NCBI GenBank assembly: GCA_964016885.1
Contig: OZ024740.1
Coordinates: 43,958,001-44,022,000 of the forward strand
Length of the DNA stretch: 64,000 nt
From: Eledone cirrhosa
Lineage: Eukaryota
Direction of reading: 5' to 3'
Made by a program: the position numbers and the translations under genes. Shown here in pieces: positions 12,329 to 26,343 of this stretch; within the stretch, counting starts at the first letter, position 1; each line of letters begins with the position of its first letter. The notes under the pieces were generated by a model. It did no database searches, was not told the origin of the DNA, and saw only the letters and a program-made list of their open reading frames with translations.

Positions 12329-14210
12329 GTTGATGGTAAGGAGAAAAGGCACTTACCTCTCTGCGTCCCGGGAAACGGGCCGCTCAATTTCCATGCTGGT
12401 TGGGGATGGGTTGTTGGGTGGGGTGGTGGTTTGTGGAAGTGAAGGGGCATCGGTGTGTTGTGGGGTTGGGGTGTTTGTGGTTGAGTGGGTGTCTGGGTGG
12501 GGTGGGGGGTGAATTTTTTTAGGAGGACGCGGTTGATTGGTTTGGCGCAGGGGGGGCCCACGTCCTCCGTGAAATTTATTTTCAGTGTTTTGTACAAGTT
12601 CATTGGGACTTTTATCATTTTTAAATGAGGTAGTCCCACAGCAGTTATAAAGTTAGGCCCTTCAGTTTGGACCGAAGGGTTTGCTGAAATTGTTTTCCGT
12701 AATTCTTTGTTGTCTGTGTTCATGTATATTGTAAGGTCTTTTTTTGTGTAGCAGTTAGTGTTGTGTACAGGGAGGGGTGGTTTGTGTGTAGTTTGTGTTC
12801 TCTTGGGGGGGGGGGGGGGTTAAAGTTAACATGTGTGTCTGTGGTGCGTCTCCTCTTCTTTCTTTTTACTTGTTGGAAGGGATCTTTTTCGTCTTGCGAC
12901 GAAAGGGGTTCGTCTTCCTTGTTGGGTGGGAGGGGTATGTTTTCTGGTAGTGTTTGCGGTGTGTGTGTTTTTGTATTTGTTTTGGGTGGGGAGGGATTGG
13001 GTGGGACAGTATTCTGTGTTATTTTTTCACGTGTTTGTTGTTGTTGTTGTTGTTGTTATGGTGGTGGTGGTGGTGTTGTTGGTTTTTGTTGTTGTTGTTG
13101 TTGTGGTGGTTGTTTTTGTTGTTGTTGTTGGGGTGGTGTTGGTGTTGGTAGCAGTGTTTTTTTTTCTGTGTGAGCTGGGGACAGGCAGCCCTCAGGTGAC
13201 CACTATTGCCACAGAGGTAACAGGAGGGGCGCCTACCCTCCACAATAATGTTGAGGTGGGTACCGTCATCAAGCATGACGCGCTCAGGGATTTGGGTGAT
13301 ACGTTCTGGCCTTATTTGGGTCAGAACTTCGATGCTCGTTCCACTGAACGCGTCGCCGGATGCCTTTCCTATTGAAATGAGGTTGTCCTCGTCTAAATTG
13401 AGGAAACCGGTTAGTAACCACCAGTAGTTTATGTTTGGGGTGATGGTGGTTATCCATATCCTCTGGGTTTTTTTACCCATGTAGGTGGGGAAGAAGGTGT
13501 AGTGTGTGGAACGAATTGGCGACACAGAGTATTTTTTCGCCGCCAATTCGTCTTTCATCAATATGGATAAACTCCCATAGAGTTTATCCTTTTGTATAAA
13601 AGTGATGTCTCTCATCGCTTCTTTCAGTACTAACTGAATTTCAGCTTGAGATGGTTGTGCTGGTTTTTTGTTTTATTTAAAATTGTACGGAATACGACAG
13701 TTCGTAATTCCGTCTGTTTTTTTTTAGTTCTGGGGGTGAATGTATAGAAAACGAACCGTTTTTGCCAAAAGATACATATTTCTTGGCTTTTTCCAGCATT
13801 TCTTTTGCTTTTGAAATATCTTCCAGCACATACGTGACTGGTAATTTAGCCGTTTGTGCAAAAGATATTTTGTTTTCGTTGTTGGTGTTTGTATTGTTTT
13901 GTTTCTCGTCGTTTGAGTTGTTTTCATCTTTGTTGTTGTTGTTGTCTTTCTCGTTTGGTGTGTGGATACTTGTGACGTTTGTGTTGTTGTTGTTGTCTTT
14001 ATTGTTGCTGTTGTTGTCGTTGTTGTTGTTGTTATTTTCAATTTCTTGTATAGTTGTGGCTACATCTAGTGGTCGGTCAACAGGTGAAGACAATTCTTCC
14101 TATCTCTGACCTCTGCCTTTGGCATCTGCTGCTGTGACAGTGGCAGGGGGAAGCTGTGAGTATGACTTCCCCTTTCCTTCTTTGATTGATGGTGAAGATG
14201 CTTCAGTCAT
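12316..14210 (-). pseudogene. Tx1-like ORF1 (gag-like CCHC knuckle, Asn/His/Thr-rich low-complexity tracts), broken into several frames
   Basis: CYLCGNSGHLRAAC (CX2CX4HX4C) in ORF 13019-13615; lies upstream of ORF2 inside the TSD. Confidence 0.75.
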
Positions 14211-14276
14211 TTTTCTCAAAATAGGGTTTTTCGAAGTTTTTCGAAAGATAAAATGTCATCAATTAAAAAAAAGATA

Positions 14277-14942
<666 letters not shown>

Positions 14943-14945
<3 letters not shown>

Positions 14946-15087
14946 TAAAATAACAGATTAAAGTTTAAGCAAAGAATCGCTGCTTTTACCCTTAACGGGA
15001 TCATCTGAAACTAAGCTAGTTTCAGAAGATCCCGTTAAGGGTGAAAGCAGCTATTCTTTGCTTAAACTTTAATCTGTTATTTTAATA
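14943..15087. repeat. Near-perfect 145-bp fold-back carrying a hammerhead-like fold in each arm
   Basis: Arms 14943-15013 / 15017-15087 with a few mismatches. Truncated third copy at about 46985-47025. Confidence 0.9.
15018..15068 (+). ncRNA. Type I hammerhead-like fold with variant core (CAGAAGA, U4A)
   Basis: agttt-CAGAAGA-t ccc gttaa ggg t-GAAA-gca...tgc-TT-aaact; all three stems pair. Confidence 0.4.
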
Positions 15088-15203
15088 AATATTTGCTCTA
15101 CGGTTCTTATATATTTAATATATATTTATCCTTATCGAGCCCTGTTTGGATTTTAGTTTTCAAATTTATTATTATAACTATTATTATTATTATTATTATT
15201 ATA

Positions 15204-15363
<160 letters not shown>

Positions 15364-15497
15364 ACATACATATATATGTATATATATATACATATATATA
15401 TACATACATTTATATGCATATATATATTTATACATATATATATATATATATATATGTATATACATATATATGTATATATATATACATATATGTATGC

Positions 15498-15548
<51 letters not shown>

Positions 15549-15890
15549 TAGGAACCAGTAAGAGCCCGACAGCTGAGCTCAAGCCGTTTCGACGGCTAAT
15601 TCTGGACTCTGTCCTATTACCCACTCTACTACCTCAAGTATTGAGTACTTTGGTGCGTTATGGTCCACCTGGTTCCTTACCACATTTCCTTCGTTATATA
15701 TATATATATATATAGAAAAAGAGATTTATATAGAAAAAGATATTTATTTGGTTCCAAGGAACCAAATAAATATATATATTTTTAAAAAAAATAAGACTCC
15801 AGTTGCATTTTCGATTTCATCTCTTTTTCTTTATACTTTCACTCGTGTAGGACACCTCGGTTATTTTTCATTTTGTAAAAAAAACCTCAC

Positions 15891-15983
<93 letters not shown>

Positions 15984-16015
15984 CATATATATGTATATAT
16001 ATACATATATATATA

Positions 16016-16425
16016 AATGTATATAGAGTATATTTAGCAATATACTGTATGCTTAATTAAAAACATGTTTAAGACCTTGCGCTATTGTTTTAAAGTAATG
16101 ACTATGTCACTTACGTCTTTTTTCAACAAACAAAGGGAGATAAGCTGACAGATCTCTGTTTCATACTGTTGGTAATCATCATAGCTTAGCACTCTCTTTA
16201 TCTGTTGAAAATTATAAATATTGGATTCTTATAGAATTCCAGTAATAATCAGGAACTGATTATACAGAGCGATTGCCGGTCCAGTAAAAATTGAAAATTA
16301 GAATTGGTGCTCTTAAATAGCGATGTATACATGACATAGTCACTACTTTAAAATAATAGCGCAAGGTCTTCAAAATGTTTTTAATTAAGCATACAATATA
16401 TTGCTAAATATACTATATATACATT
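16016..16425. repeat. Diverged inverted repeat (arms about 16016-16109 / 16332-16425); family pieces also at 45632-45712 and about 63870-63990
   Basis: GTATATTTAGCAATATA...GACCTTGCGCTATT...ATGACTATGTCA and its reverse complement. Confidence 0.85.
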
Positions 16426-16511
16426 CATGTATACATTGCTATTTTATATATTGCTCTGATTATTAATTATTTAATTCATTCTTCATTGAGCCACACAGTG
16501 AATGGTTGTCA

Positions 16512-16608
<97 letters not shown>

Positions 16609-17182
16609 CTTTGTCTAATTTATGTGTATATACCCTTTAAATTTATATATACTCCCGTAAGGTTGAGTAAAACTTTATGCAGTATTCGGCTGCGCTTTCT
16701 AGCAACCAGCCTACTCGCCGACAGGCACCAATCACAATCTTTGTCTTGACCACTGGCCACGTGATGATTCTTAGCCATTTTGAATTCGTCTCTGTCGGGG
16801 ATCATGGTAGAAAAATCTTTGTCCAATTGAGTTATCTCCTGATGAGTTCCAAACCTCGTTGATTTATCCAAGACCGGATATATCCAAAAAGTGAACGAAA
16901 CCACCAGGTGGTAGAGATTATGGTGAATTTTAGTAAAATGTATGTACAGTTTTTCTTCTAACTTCGATTTTGTACCTAGTTACGTATAGTTAACTATATG
17001 TCCAGTCAATTTGTACAGGCTAATAGAAATATTAGGTAAATATTTTGTAGCTGTACGTCGCGGAAAAGAAGTTATATCATTTGTCTATTATTTCTTCATA
17101 AGAACATTTTAAACTTATAGCCTCGTTTAAATGATTTTTTGTATAATACTGTATATATTTTATGTAATGATTCTTTGGACTT

Positions 17183-17241
<59 letters not shown>

Positions 17242-17267
17242 TTTCATATGAAGCTGCATAAGTTGGC

Positions 17268-17269
<2 letters not shown>

Positions 17270-17337
<68 letters not shown>

Positions 17338-17338
17338 G

Positions 17339-17375
<37 letters not shown>
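17270..17375. repeat. (TATC)n microsatellite
   Basis: Direct inspection. Confidence 0.95.
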
Positions 17376-17376
<1 letters not shown>

Positions 17377-18084
17377 GATATATATATAATGAATAAAACA
17401 TAACCAGGTTTTAAATATTTAAGTTCATTATTTAGTATGTACACGCACATAACATTTGATAAATTCAATTCATATTTATCATTAATTTCTCATTGTCCCG
17501 TTTGCAAATATTGTTACACTAAGAAATAAATGATAAATGTAAAAGGAAATGAATTGCATATTATTTAGTGAAATAGTTGGTCTTGTGTCTAAATCAGAAA
17601 TCATTCTTTTTATTATTATTATTATTATGCATGATTAAATGACTCTTTGACGGTGTAAATTTTAATTGCCCCAGTCCTGGAGTAAAGTTTAAATCTGTGT
17701 TAACAGTACAAATGTCTCAAATTCCCATATTTGTATTTCGTCCTTGTATCTAAGCACGAAATCAATACACAACTGATTAAAAGCTATTGGTTGCCACTTC
17801 AATTTCCTTAAAAAGAAGGGAAAACGTGACAATGAAGAAGCCGTTATGCGTTAACTTGATCTGCTAGAAATAACACCAAAATCACCCTCAAATCACATTC
17901 TATCGTCTTATAATTGGGAGGCTACAGTGAATTGTGTCGTTTTAGGTAAAGTGCCAGAAAAAACATCGTTGTACTGATTCTGCGCTGACCTGAAAATAAG
18001 CAACAACAATATTAGCAAGTTATAAATAAGAGCTGTCCATAGCACCATAATTAATCCTTATTCGAAAGCACTTCGTACTTTTCA

Positions 18085-18277
18085 TAATTATTTCTACTTT
18101 TGGCACAAGGCCAGCAATTACCCCAGTGCATTACTGGTGCTTTAGTTTATCGACCCCGTAAGGATGAAAGACAAATTTAACCTCGGTGGGATTTGAACTC
18201 ATATCATAAAGGGCCATAACTCTATGCCGCAAAGCAAGGCGTACGACCCACTACTAATACTGGCAGTCCTCCGCCCT
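18085..18277 (-). mobile_element. tRNA-derived SINE family S
   Basis: Reverse complement of the 4723-4910 consensus. Confidence 0.85.
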
Positions 18278-19197
18278 AATTATCACTATAAATAATAGTG
18301 AAGAAAATAGGCTAAAGTAACTCTGGAGGGGGAATAATTGGAACATGGTCTCCAATAATTTTCCGTATTTGAGAGCATTTTAACCCATTTTCTCAATAAT
18401 TATTAGAGTTATTTTTCATTGTGAAGAGTAAATTTGAAATTTGTCCAATATTTTAAAGTCAACCAGATGTTCGTACGCCTATATATTCCTTACGTTCTGC
18501 TAAGCAAATTTATATTCTGCTTTACATGTCATTAAAATACGTGATAACTCCCTTATGGTGAATTCTTTATTTCTATTACTACAACTTCAGATGATAGTTC
18601 AGTATGGGCATCCGATAGTTGAGAAGTTCATTTCACAATCTTAAGATCTGAGGTTCAATCCCACTGCATGGAATTTTGAGTTGGTGATATAAATTCTAGA
18701 TTCTCTGGGTAAAAAAGCGGTCTACAAATCTTAACTTCGGTAGATCGCACTTCGAAATTTGTGTGTGTCTGTTTGTGAGTGCGTTTGTTTGTTTGTGTGT
18801 GTGTGTGTGATTACAGAACATTATATATGCAGATATGAACAAATATTTCAAATAACAAAGAATCTAAATACACGTTTAAATATATATATAAAGATGCAAT
18901 ACTTATGAAGTGAAAAACATTATATGAATTTTACATATGAGGTTTATTAAAAAAAAACAATTTGAAGAATAGAATACATATATAAGAATTGTATTAATTT
19001 GATTTGTAAAATTATCAAAAGCAATTATGATTGAGTGATGGGAAATTTCAGTCCGCAACCACGTTGTTTCGGGTTCACTGTGTGGCACTTTGGGAAATCC
19101 TGCAAATATAGCCTCTGTTTGAACAGTGACTTGTCAGCGAAATTTGGTTGTTGTAACTGCAAAAGCGTGTCGTTTATACACACACATATATATATAT

Positions 19198-19505
19198 GTG
19201 GTGGCTGCAAACTCTGCTAACAGTACTGCAATTCCTTGGAGGATTGTGGAGTTTTGTGCACTTTTAGGCTACGGCCAGTCACACAAACCTGTAACATTTC
19301 CTGAACAAGCAATGTCTGTGCTTTGAATGCTTTTTAAATAGGGAAAGGTCTTGCACTCGACCAATCCCACTCTCTGAGCATCGAAAAGACTACCCGAAAA
19401 GGAGAACTGGTCAACATCATTGGATGCTTCCGAAGCCACGGGTTTTTTTTTCAGAGTTTCCCTCTCCTAGAAAGGTGTGGTGACAACAACTGGGAGCCTT
19501 TCACT
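19198..19505 (-). mobile_element. Bipartite non-autonomous RTE derivative (5' UTR fused to 3' end)
   Basis: 19259-19504 is the reverse complement of RTE 5' UTR 35070-35325. 19198-19250 resembles the RTE 3' terminus (...GCAGCCA). Confidence 0.75.
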
Positions 19506-19784
19506 CCTTGGTAAAAAAAAAAAAAGTACTATTTGAATGGCCGTTGACTCTGCTGAGTTCCTCCGCCTTTTCCCGGGTCATGTATTTCATCCTGCAGGGT
19601 GTCCAAATATCACCCTCCTCACCAAGCAAGCTTTGTGGGGTTGCCGGTTTAGTCACCGACGACCCGACCATGAGACAGGTTGTACTGGGTTACATGTTTC
19701 CAGTAGCACTCGAGAGCGACCTGAGATATATATATATATGTGCTCCTTCTCCACATTTTATTATTATTATGTATATATATATAT

Positions 19785-19894
19785 ATATATTGGTAAACGG
19801 AAAAGAAAATGCTGACAAATTGTTCCCAGTGAAAAATAGGTATTTTTCACTGGGAACAATTTGTCAGCATATTCTTTTCCGTTTACCAATATAT
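19785..19894. repeat. Near-perfect 110-bp palindrome, same family as 5608-5896
   Basis: ATATTGGTAAACGG...GAAAAATA gg TATTTTTC...CCGTTTACCAATAT. Confidence 0.92.
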
Positions 19895-19924
19895 CATAAC
19901 TCGTGTGTTACACCTCTATTCTTT

Positions 19925-20000
<76 letters not shown>

Positions 20001-20036
20001 AAATAAATTAAAAGGTGGTTTAAAAAGTTCCATATA

Positions 20037-20102
20037 TTTTATTATGAGCATTTCGAAAACAACATCATCCTGGGACAAAAATTGTGTTTTCATCAGATAA
20101 AA
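20037..20102 (-). ncRNA. Type I hammerhead ribozyme fold (same family as 22975-23041; stem III palindrome mutated)
   Basis: ttttat-CTGATGA-aaac...gttttc-GAAA-tgctca-TA-ataaaa. Confidence 0.55.
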
Positions 20103-20819
20103 TAAGGTAACATGATATGAGGCCTAAAAACATTTGTCAACAAGAAAGTGTCCAATCTACATATGACAAAAATATACGAGAAAGAGAAAAATAGGTAAAA
20201 TGAAGAAAAGGAAAGAAGAATGAAAAAGGAAAAGGAATAGAAGAGAGGAAAAAAGGAAAAAGAAAGAAGGAAGAGAGAGAAAGAGAAAAAGAGAAAAAGA
20301 GAGAGAGAGAGAGAGACTTTTGATCAGGAACGCTGTCAAAATGAAAACAGCTGTAAATAACGGGTAAAAAATAAATTGATGAGGTGTATGTGCGATTATT
20401 ATAGATGGTATTCAAATATTAGAGGTCTAAAATATAAAAACTGGGTATATTATTTTATATTGGGTTTAAATACTAAAACTTGGATTAAGAAGTGTAAAAA
20501 TGTATTAATAAAATAAAATAAATTAAATTAAATTAAAATAATTATAAAAAACGGTTTTTTAAAATAAAATAAAATAAAATAAAATAAGATAGAATAAAAA
20601 ATAAAAATAAGAATAGTCTATCTATGTCAAAATTAAAAAATTCTATTAAAAATCTATATATGTAGGGTATACTAGTTAATTATTATTTTATATCAACAAG
20701 TAAATAAAGGAAATTGCTAGAGATTTATAAACGTAGAAAAACATATGACGTCATAGTTTGTTTACAAAATTTACGAAGGTTTGAACGAAAATTTAAGGCT
20801 ATAGAGAAAAAGGTGAAAG

Positions 20820-21090
20820 GCATTAAAATATGCTGAGAAAACTGAATTAATACATTGCAGAATATGGTCCTTAAAAGGCAAAAACATTAATTACAAAGTT
20901 TCTTGGCGTAAATTATGCAATGCTTCTCCATATTCTAACGCTTCCTTATGTAGGGCTTGTAATTTATGTCTAGCTGAAAAATTTACCGTTATCTCGAATT
21001 TCAACTCTATAGACGCACCGATTTATTTGCTCTCTGCATCCATAAATCTCTTAGGTCATTTCACAAGTATACAGCTAATACCCTATATCT
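20820..21090 (+). pseudogene. PLE GIY-YIG endonuclease C-terminal fragment, bracketed by diverged inverted repeats (about 20710-20790 / 21383-21435)
   Basis: Manual translation KTELIHCRIWSLKGKNINYKVSW...PYSN...CNLCLAEKF parallels the PLE C-termini at 26000-26300 and 27329-27658. Confidence 0.65.
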
Positions 21091-21733
21091 TATGCCATGA
21101 TTAAGATTAAAAATTTGCTCACACATATATATATATTTTTTTTTACACAAATACCTTTTTTCTCGCATATTTCAGTACATTCTACAAAGTTTTAAACATA
21201 CTCTGACGTTATTTGGTCCTCTACTTTTTAAATCACTCTAGAAAATTCCTTTATCTACTTGGTGATACAAAATATTATTTAAACAGTTCATATTTACTGT
21301 TTCTTTATATTATTTTTCTCATTATTATATTTTTTTTTAAGCCGCTCACTTTCCCCATTTATCACATCAATTTAATCAGTATAAACATTCGTTGATTTTG
21401 TAAACAAATTATGACGTCATATGTTTTTCTTCGTTTTTTCTTCGCTCTTTCCACGCTCTTTCCACGCTTTTTTCTACGCTTAAATAATTATAACATTTTC
21501 CTATATTTACTTTTGGATTAATTTAATATTTAAATATTTAAATAGTTTTCCCACATTTATAATTTCTTTTATATATAATCTATAATAAATTTTTTTATAT
21601 ATAATGTTTAATTTCTATATATAATCTGTAATTTTTAATAGTAAACTTTTAATTTTTGACATTATGGGTCTACCCTTATTTATTTTCTTCTACACATATA
21701 TACTTTTTCACAGAAATATTTTTTCAATTACAT

Positions 21734-21781
21734 TTGTGAGAGATGACATCGTATTATATAATACGATGTCATCTCTCACAA
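21734..21781. repeat. Perfect 48-bp palindrome
   Basis: TTGTGAGAGATGACATCGTATTATATAATACGATGTCATCTCTCACAA. Confidence 0.95.
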
Positions 21782-22578
21782 CAAAAACAACCTACGCTAT
21801 AGAATCGAATTAATGAACGACAAGCTGTGATGTTCTAGCATGGTTCACCAGGCACCCAATGTTGAATCATTGTGGATTGTGAGATGGACATGTAGTCTAT
21901 AAATTGCGTTTCCTGGATTGTGAGAGTGGTGGTGTGTACGAGGACAGTGGTGCTGTTTTGCTTCTCATTTGTAATATTTTTGATATTTTTGGTGTTTCTC
22001 CACACACGGGCTTCTATATCGTACAGGTGTGTGTGAATAATGCTTTACAAGTACAGCCCCATGATGCTCTTGATTGCCTGCTTTGACTGCTTGTTTTACT
22101 TGTAACAATCTGCCGCACTATAATCTTGTATAAATAGGACACGCGTGCATGCCACACGTGTGACTGTTACATACACTGGCTACTCCAAACGTTCCTCTTG
22201 CTTTATCTTAGTAGACTGCCAATATTTTAATTTTAATTTTAATTTTAACTTTAATTTTGTCCTTTAATATGACTGTAATCTTTGTATGTAAATTACCATG
22301 CTATATTATTATAATGGATGTCAACCCACTGAGGGTCAATATATACATATGTTTCTATATGTCTCTTGTGTTGATAAAGAGGTCAAGTATGTTAAAAATC
22401 ACTGAATAATTGCTCCGAAGACTTCAAACCTCGGTTTGGAAGAAACAATTGTAAGCAAATAAATGATTTAAACAGAACTTTGTTTCATGTAATCTCTCTC
22501 TCTCTATATATATATATGCGTGTGTGTATGTGTATGTAAGTATGTATGTATATATATATATATGTATGTGTGTGTATG

Positions 22579-22632
<54 letters not shown>

Positions 22633-22755
22633 GGAGGTGAGTTTTATTGTAGTACAATAAAGCAATGCAGATATCGGATAAGAAGCACTCTACAGTTTGT
22701 GGGACTGGAGTATGCATAATATAAGATCAAAAGATGGTTAAAGGAGTTCCATATA

Positions 22756-22822
22756 TTTTATTATGCGCATTTCAAAAACAAACATCATCAAACAATAATA
22801 TTTGTGTTTTCATCAGATAAAA
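22756..22822 (-). ncRNA. Minimal type I hammerhead ribozyme (mirror copy)
   Basis: Reverse complement of 22975-23041. Confidence 0.7.
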
Positions 22823-22974
22823 CAGGAGAACATGATATGAAGGCTAAAAAAACACTTGTTGATAGTGCAGTTTTAAATCAACATATGACGTCAATCTAAA
22901 ACCACTTTTCATATGTTGATTTAAAACTGCACTATCAACAAGTGTTTTTTTAGCCTTCATATCATGTTCTCCTG

Positions 22975-23041
22975 TTTTATCTGATGAAAACACAAATATT
23001 ATTGTTTGATGATGTTTGTTTTTGAAATGCGCATAATAAAA
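22975..23041 (+). ncRNA. Minimal type I hammerhead ribozyme with palindromic stem III
   Basis: ttttat-CTGATGA-aaac...gttttt-GAAA-tgcgca-TA-ataaaa. A palindromic helix III is typical of PLE dimeric hammerheads. Confidence 0.7.
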
Positions 23042-23073
23042 TATATGGAACTCCTTTAACCATCTTTTGATCT

Positions 23074-23122
<49 letters not shown>

Positions 23123-23339
23123 TACATATACTTTCATATATATGTGGTTGCGTGTGTATGTATATATGTATTTATGTGCGTGGTTATCTGCGTCTGTTCA
23201 TTTGTATTTTTGCATGCTCCAAGCTGTTTATACTTCCACTGGACACATACATGCATGTATCTATTTGTAGTGTTGTGTATGTGATTGTATTTATGTATAA
23301 TTCTATGTGTGTGACGTCTCCGTATCATTTCGTATATAC

Positions 23340-23373
<34 letters not shown>

Positions 23374-23552
23374 ATGTGTGTTCTCGTATGTATGTTGTTG
23401 CAGACTAGTGTGTCTATACACTTGTGTTTGTGCCATATATACATATATATGTATGTATGCATGTATGTTTGTATATATATATATATATATATATATCTGT
23501 ATATGATATATGTGAGTGTGTATAAGTATATATGCATGTATGTATGCATGTA

Positions 23553-23595
<43 letters not shown>

Positions 23596-23965
23596 GATAT
23601 ATGTGAGTGTATAAGTATGTGTATATGTCTGTATATGTTTTTTATATGTGTGTGTGTATCTGTATATATGCGTATGTATATATGTATGTCCTTGTACATG
23701 TATGTTTGTGTATACATATATATGTGTATATATATACATGTATGTATATGTATATATATATGTTTTCCTTTTATCTGAATGTGTGTATGTGTGTGTTTAT
23801 GTATGTACACATATGCCTTTTTCTATATTGCTATATATTTTTATTTTTTATATATTATTTTTTTTACCCTTCTTTTCTGATGTATATTTACCGTTATTTT
23901 TCCAGCCTCACTTCCAATTTTTAACAGATTTTAAATCTCATTTCATATCTGTTATCTATAACATC

Positions 23966-24031
23966 TCTGTCTGACGACCGATCCACACATATATTATTAT
24001 CGTCTGTGATCAAGAAACCTTTGGTAATGGA
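23966..24031 (+). ncRNA. Type I hammerhead ribozyme in PLE pseudo-LTR
   Basis: tctgt-CTGACGA-ccgatc...gatcaa-GAAA-cc ttt gg-TA-atgga. Confidence 0.7.
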
Positions 24032-24249
24032 GTAGATATATTTTGTGTTGTTCACTTTCTAATTAAATAGCTCTGTTCCATATATACAGCACTCTTTTTT
24101 CCTTTGCTTTTCCTTCGGAATTACCTAACACATAAGCAGCTCCTAACGGGAATGATCGACGCAAATTCAGCATATCTATGAGATTGGCATCTTCCAGCCT
24201 GACAAGTTGAGCACTCTACAGTCATAAGGAAATTTATCAACACTAACTA

Positions 24250-26343
24250 TGGATTTATAAAAACATCCCGACACCCTCTAATGCTTCTTATACCAAAATG
24301 TTAATTGAGAAAGTCGAGAATGTAGTTCAAAAATGAGAGGGGAGGCAATGGTTTTTGATGGACAATTCGGTTTATATTCCAAGGAATACTTTGACATCAA
24401 TTCGTGCAAATACCCACCAAGAGTTAAGGATATGGCCTCTTTTGAATCCGACTTAGTTAATATAATTAACCAACTAAAATTTCATAAGTACAATAATAAT
24501 TTTCAAACTAAACTTGCTAATGATATCTCTAATATTAAGTCTTCTAAAAATAAGTTCTTATTTTCCGATTAGACTAAAAACTTATATGAACTAAATAACG
24601 ATTTATATAACCAACTTTTAACATATAGTATCATTACCAAATATCAAAAAGCCAAAAATAATACCCTTGATAATATAAATGTTGAAGCTAAAGACATTGC
24701 AAGTAAATAAAAAATGGATAATAGAACTGAAAGCCTAGCTAAACGTAAAGCCTATATTATACTGAAAGACCACAAAATAGAGTTCAATAACTGACCTAGT
24801 TGTAGACTCATTGACCCTGCTAAATCAGAAATTGGTCTTGCCAGTAAAAAAAATATTAAGAAATATAATATTAAAAATAAAAAGTAAAACAGAACTTTAT
24901 CAATGGCTTAATACATCTTCAGTAGTTCCATAGTTTAATATTATACCTGATAAAAATATATCTAGATTCACTCAATTCGATATAATTGACTTCTACCCCT
25001 CTATTACTCAATCTTTATTAACCAAAGCATTAGATTTCGCTAAAGATTACACTAATATATCCGATTTAGAAGAGGAAGTAATTTTACATGCCCGGAAAGC
25101 TCTACTTTTTGCCAAAAATGAATCTTGGGTAAAAGAATTTAACCCAGAAAACCCTTTTGATATCTCTATGGGTTCCTTTGACAGTGCCGATGTGTGTGAT
25201 TTGTCCGGTTTGTTCCTTCTACACATAATAAGGGAAAAACTCCCAGGTCATACCATCGGGTTATAGCGAAACGACGGACTAGGAGTCTCTCATACCACCA
25301 ATGGCCATGACCTCGACACTTTTCGTAAACTATTCTCTGACCTAAATCTTAAAATTACTATAGATACTAATCTTACCAACGGAAATTTCGTTGATATAAA
25401 GCTTGACTTACTCACTGTTTCATTTAAACCTTACCATAAACCTAAAGAGTAAAAGAGAAAATAAACATTCATGCCACCCTCCCATAGTATTTAAAAACCT
25501 CATCCCTAATATTAGCCGTAGGATATCTTTCCTCTCCTCTTCTGAAGAAATATTTAATAAAGCAGCCCCTTACTATAATAAGGCCCTTAAAAATAGTGGA
25601 TTCACTGAACAAATTAAGTATATTTCTAATCCCTCTAATCCTTCTACACATAATAATAGGAAAAGAAAAATAATCTGGTTCATACCACACTTCTCTTTAG
25701 CACGCAAAACTAATGTTGGTAGTAAATTCCTTGAATTAGTAGATAAACATTTCCCCCATTACTATAAATATATCACATTTTTTAACAGAAACTGTGTCAA
25801 GATTAACTATTCTTGCGGTCCTTCCATAAAATCGAAAATCAACACCGGAAAAACTGACAGGGGAATACCAGGATGTTCATGCAGAAACCAAGGTGAATAC
25901 CCTTTGCAAGGCAAATGCAACATCAAATCCCTTGTGTATGGGGCAATTATAAGACCTATTCACACTAACCAACCTTCCACCGGAGAACGTTATGTGGGCA
26001 TGACCCAGGATACCTTTAACAAAAGATACTAAGCACACGTCGCTTCCTTTCGACACCTGGATAAAAAGAAAACTACGGCGCTGGCAAATAGAGTGTGGGA
26101 GATGAAAGAACGTGGGATCCCATATGAAATTGATTGGTCTATTTTAGACCAATAGAAAGAATATGTTAAAGGCACAAGAAGGTGTACCTTGTGCGTAACA
26201 GAAAAATATAGAATTCTACAAAATATGAAATCTCCCAACATCTGTCTTAACACTAATTCTGAGATATTTAAAATGTGCCCACATATAAGAACTCACCTCC
26301 TTTCTCGGTATCAAAACACCATTTGGGACACTTACCCACCTTG
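24250..26343 (+). pseudogene. PLE reverse transcriptase + C-terminal GIY-YIG endonuclease (multiple stops/frameshifts)
   Basis: LKDHK, CRLIDPAKSEIG, QFDIIDFYPSI, FDISMGSFDSADVCDL, GL*RNDGL (YRDD), HPPIV, CSCRN, YVGMTQDTFNKRY, CTLCVTEKY, CPH. Confidence 0.88.

Larger units (their letters stand above)
9410..14257 (-). mobile_element. Tx1/L1-clade LINE (ORF1 + ORF2), nested in the CR1-like LINE
   Basis: 19-bp TSD ATCAATTAAAAAAAAGATA at 9391-9409 and 14258-14276. AATAAA near the 3' end on the - strand. ORF1 zinc knuckle; APE + RT ORF2. Confidence 0.9.
22716..23081. repeat. Fold-back (about 173-bp arms, 20-bp spacer) with a hammerhead in each arm
   Basis: Arms 22716-22888 / 22909-23081 appear identical. 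Confidence 0.95.

Noticed and set aside
15560-15612. Hammerhead 3' half on the - strand (GAAA-cggc...gctg-TC with 7-bp stem I)
   Set aside because: The CUGANGA box is missing, so it is a remnant only.
22322-22395. CTGAGGG-stem-TAAA-gagg-TC hammerhead-like remnant
   Set aside because: Both core boxes are mutated and stem I is unconvincing.
24250-26343. In-frame stops as possible selenocysteine recoding in the PLE ORF
   Set aside because: The stops are mixed TAA/TAG/TGA and accompanied by frameshifts, consistent with ordinary decay.
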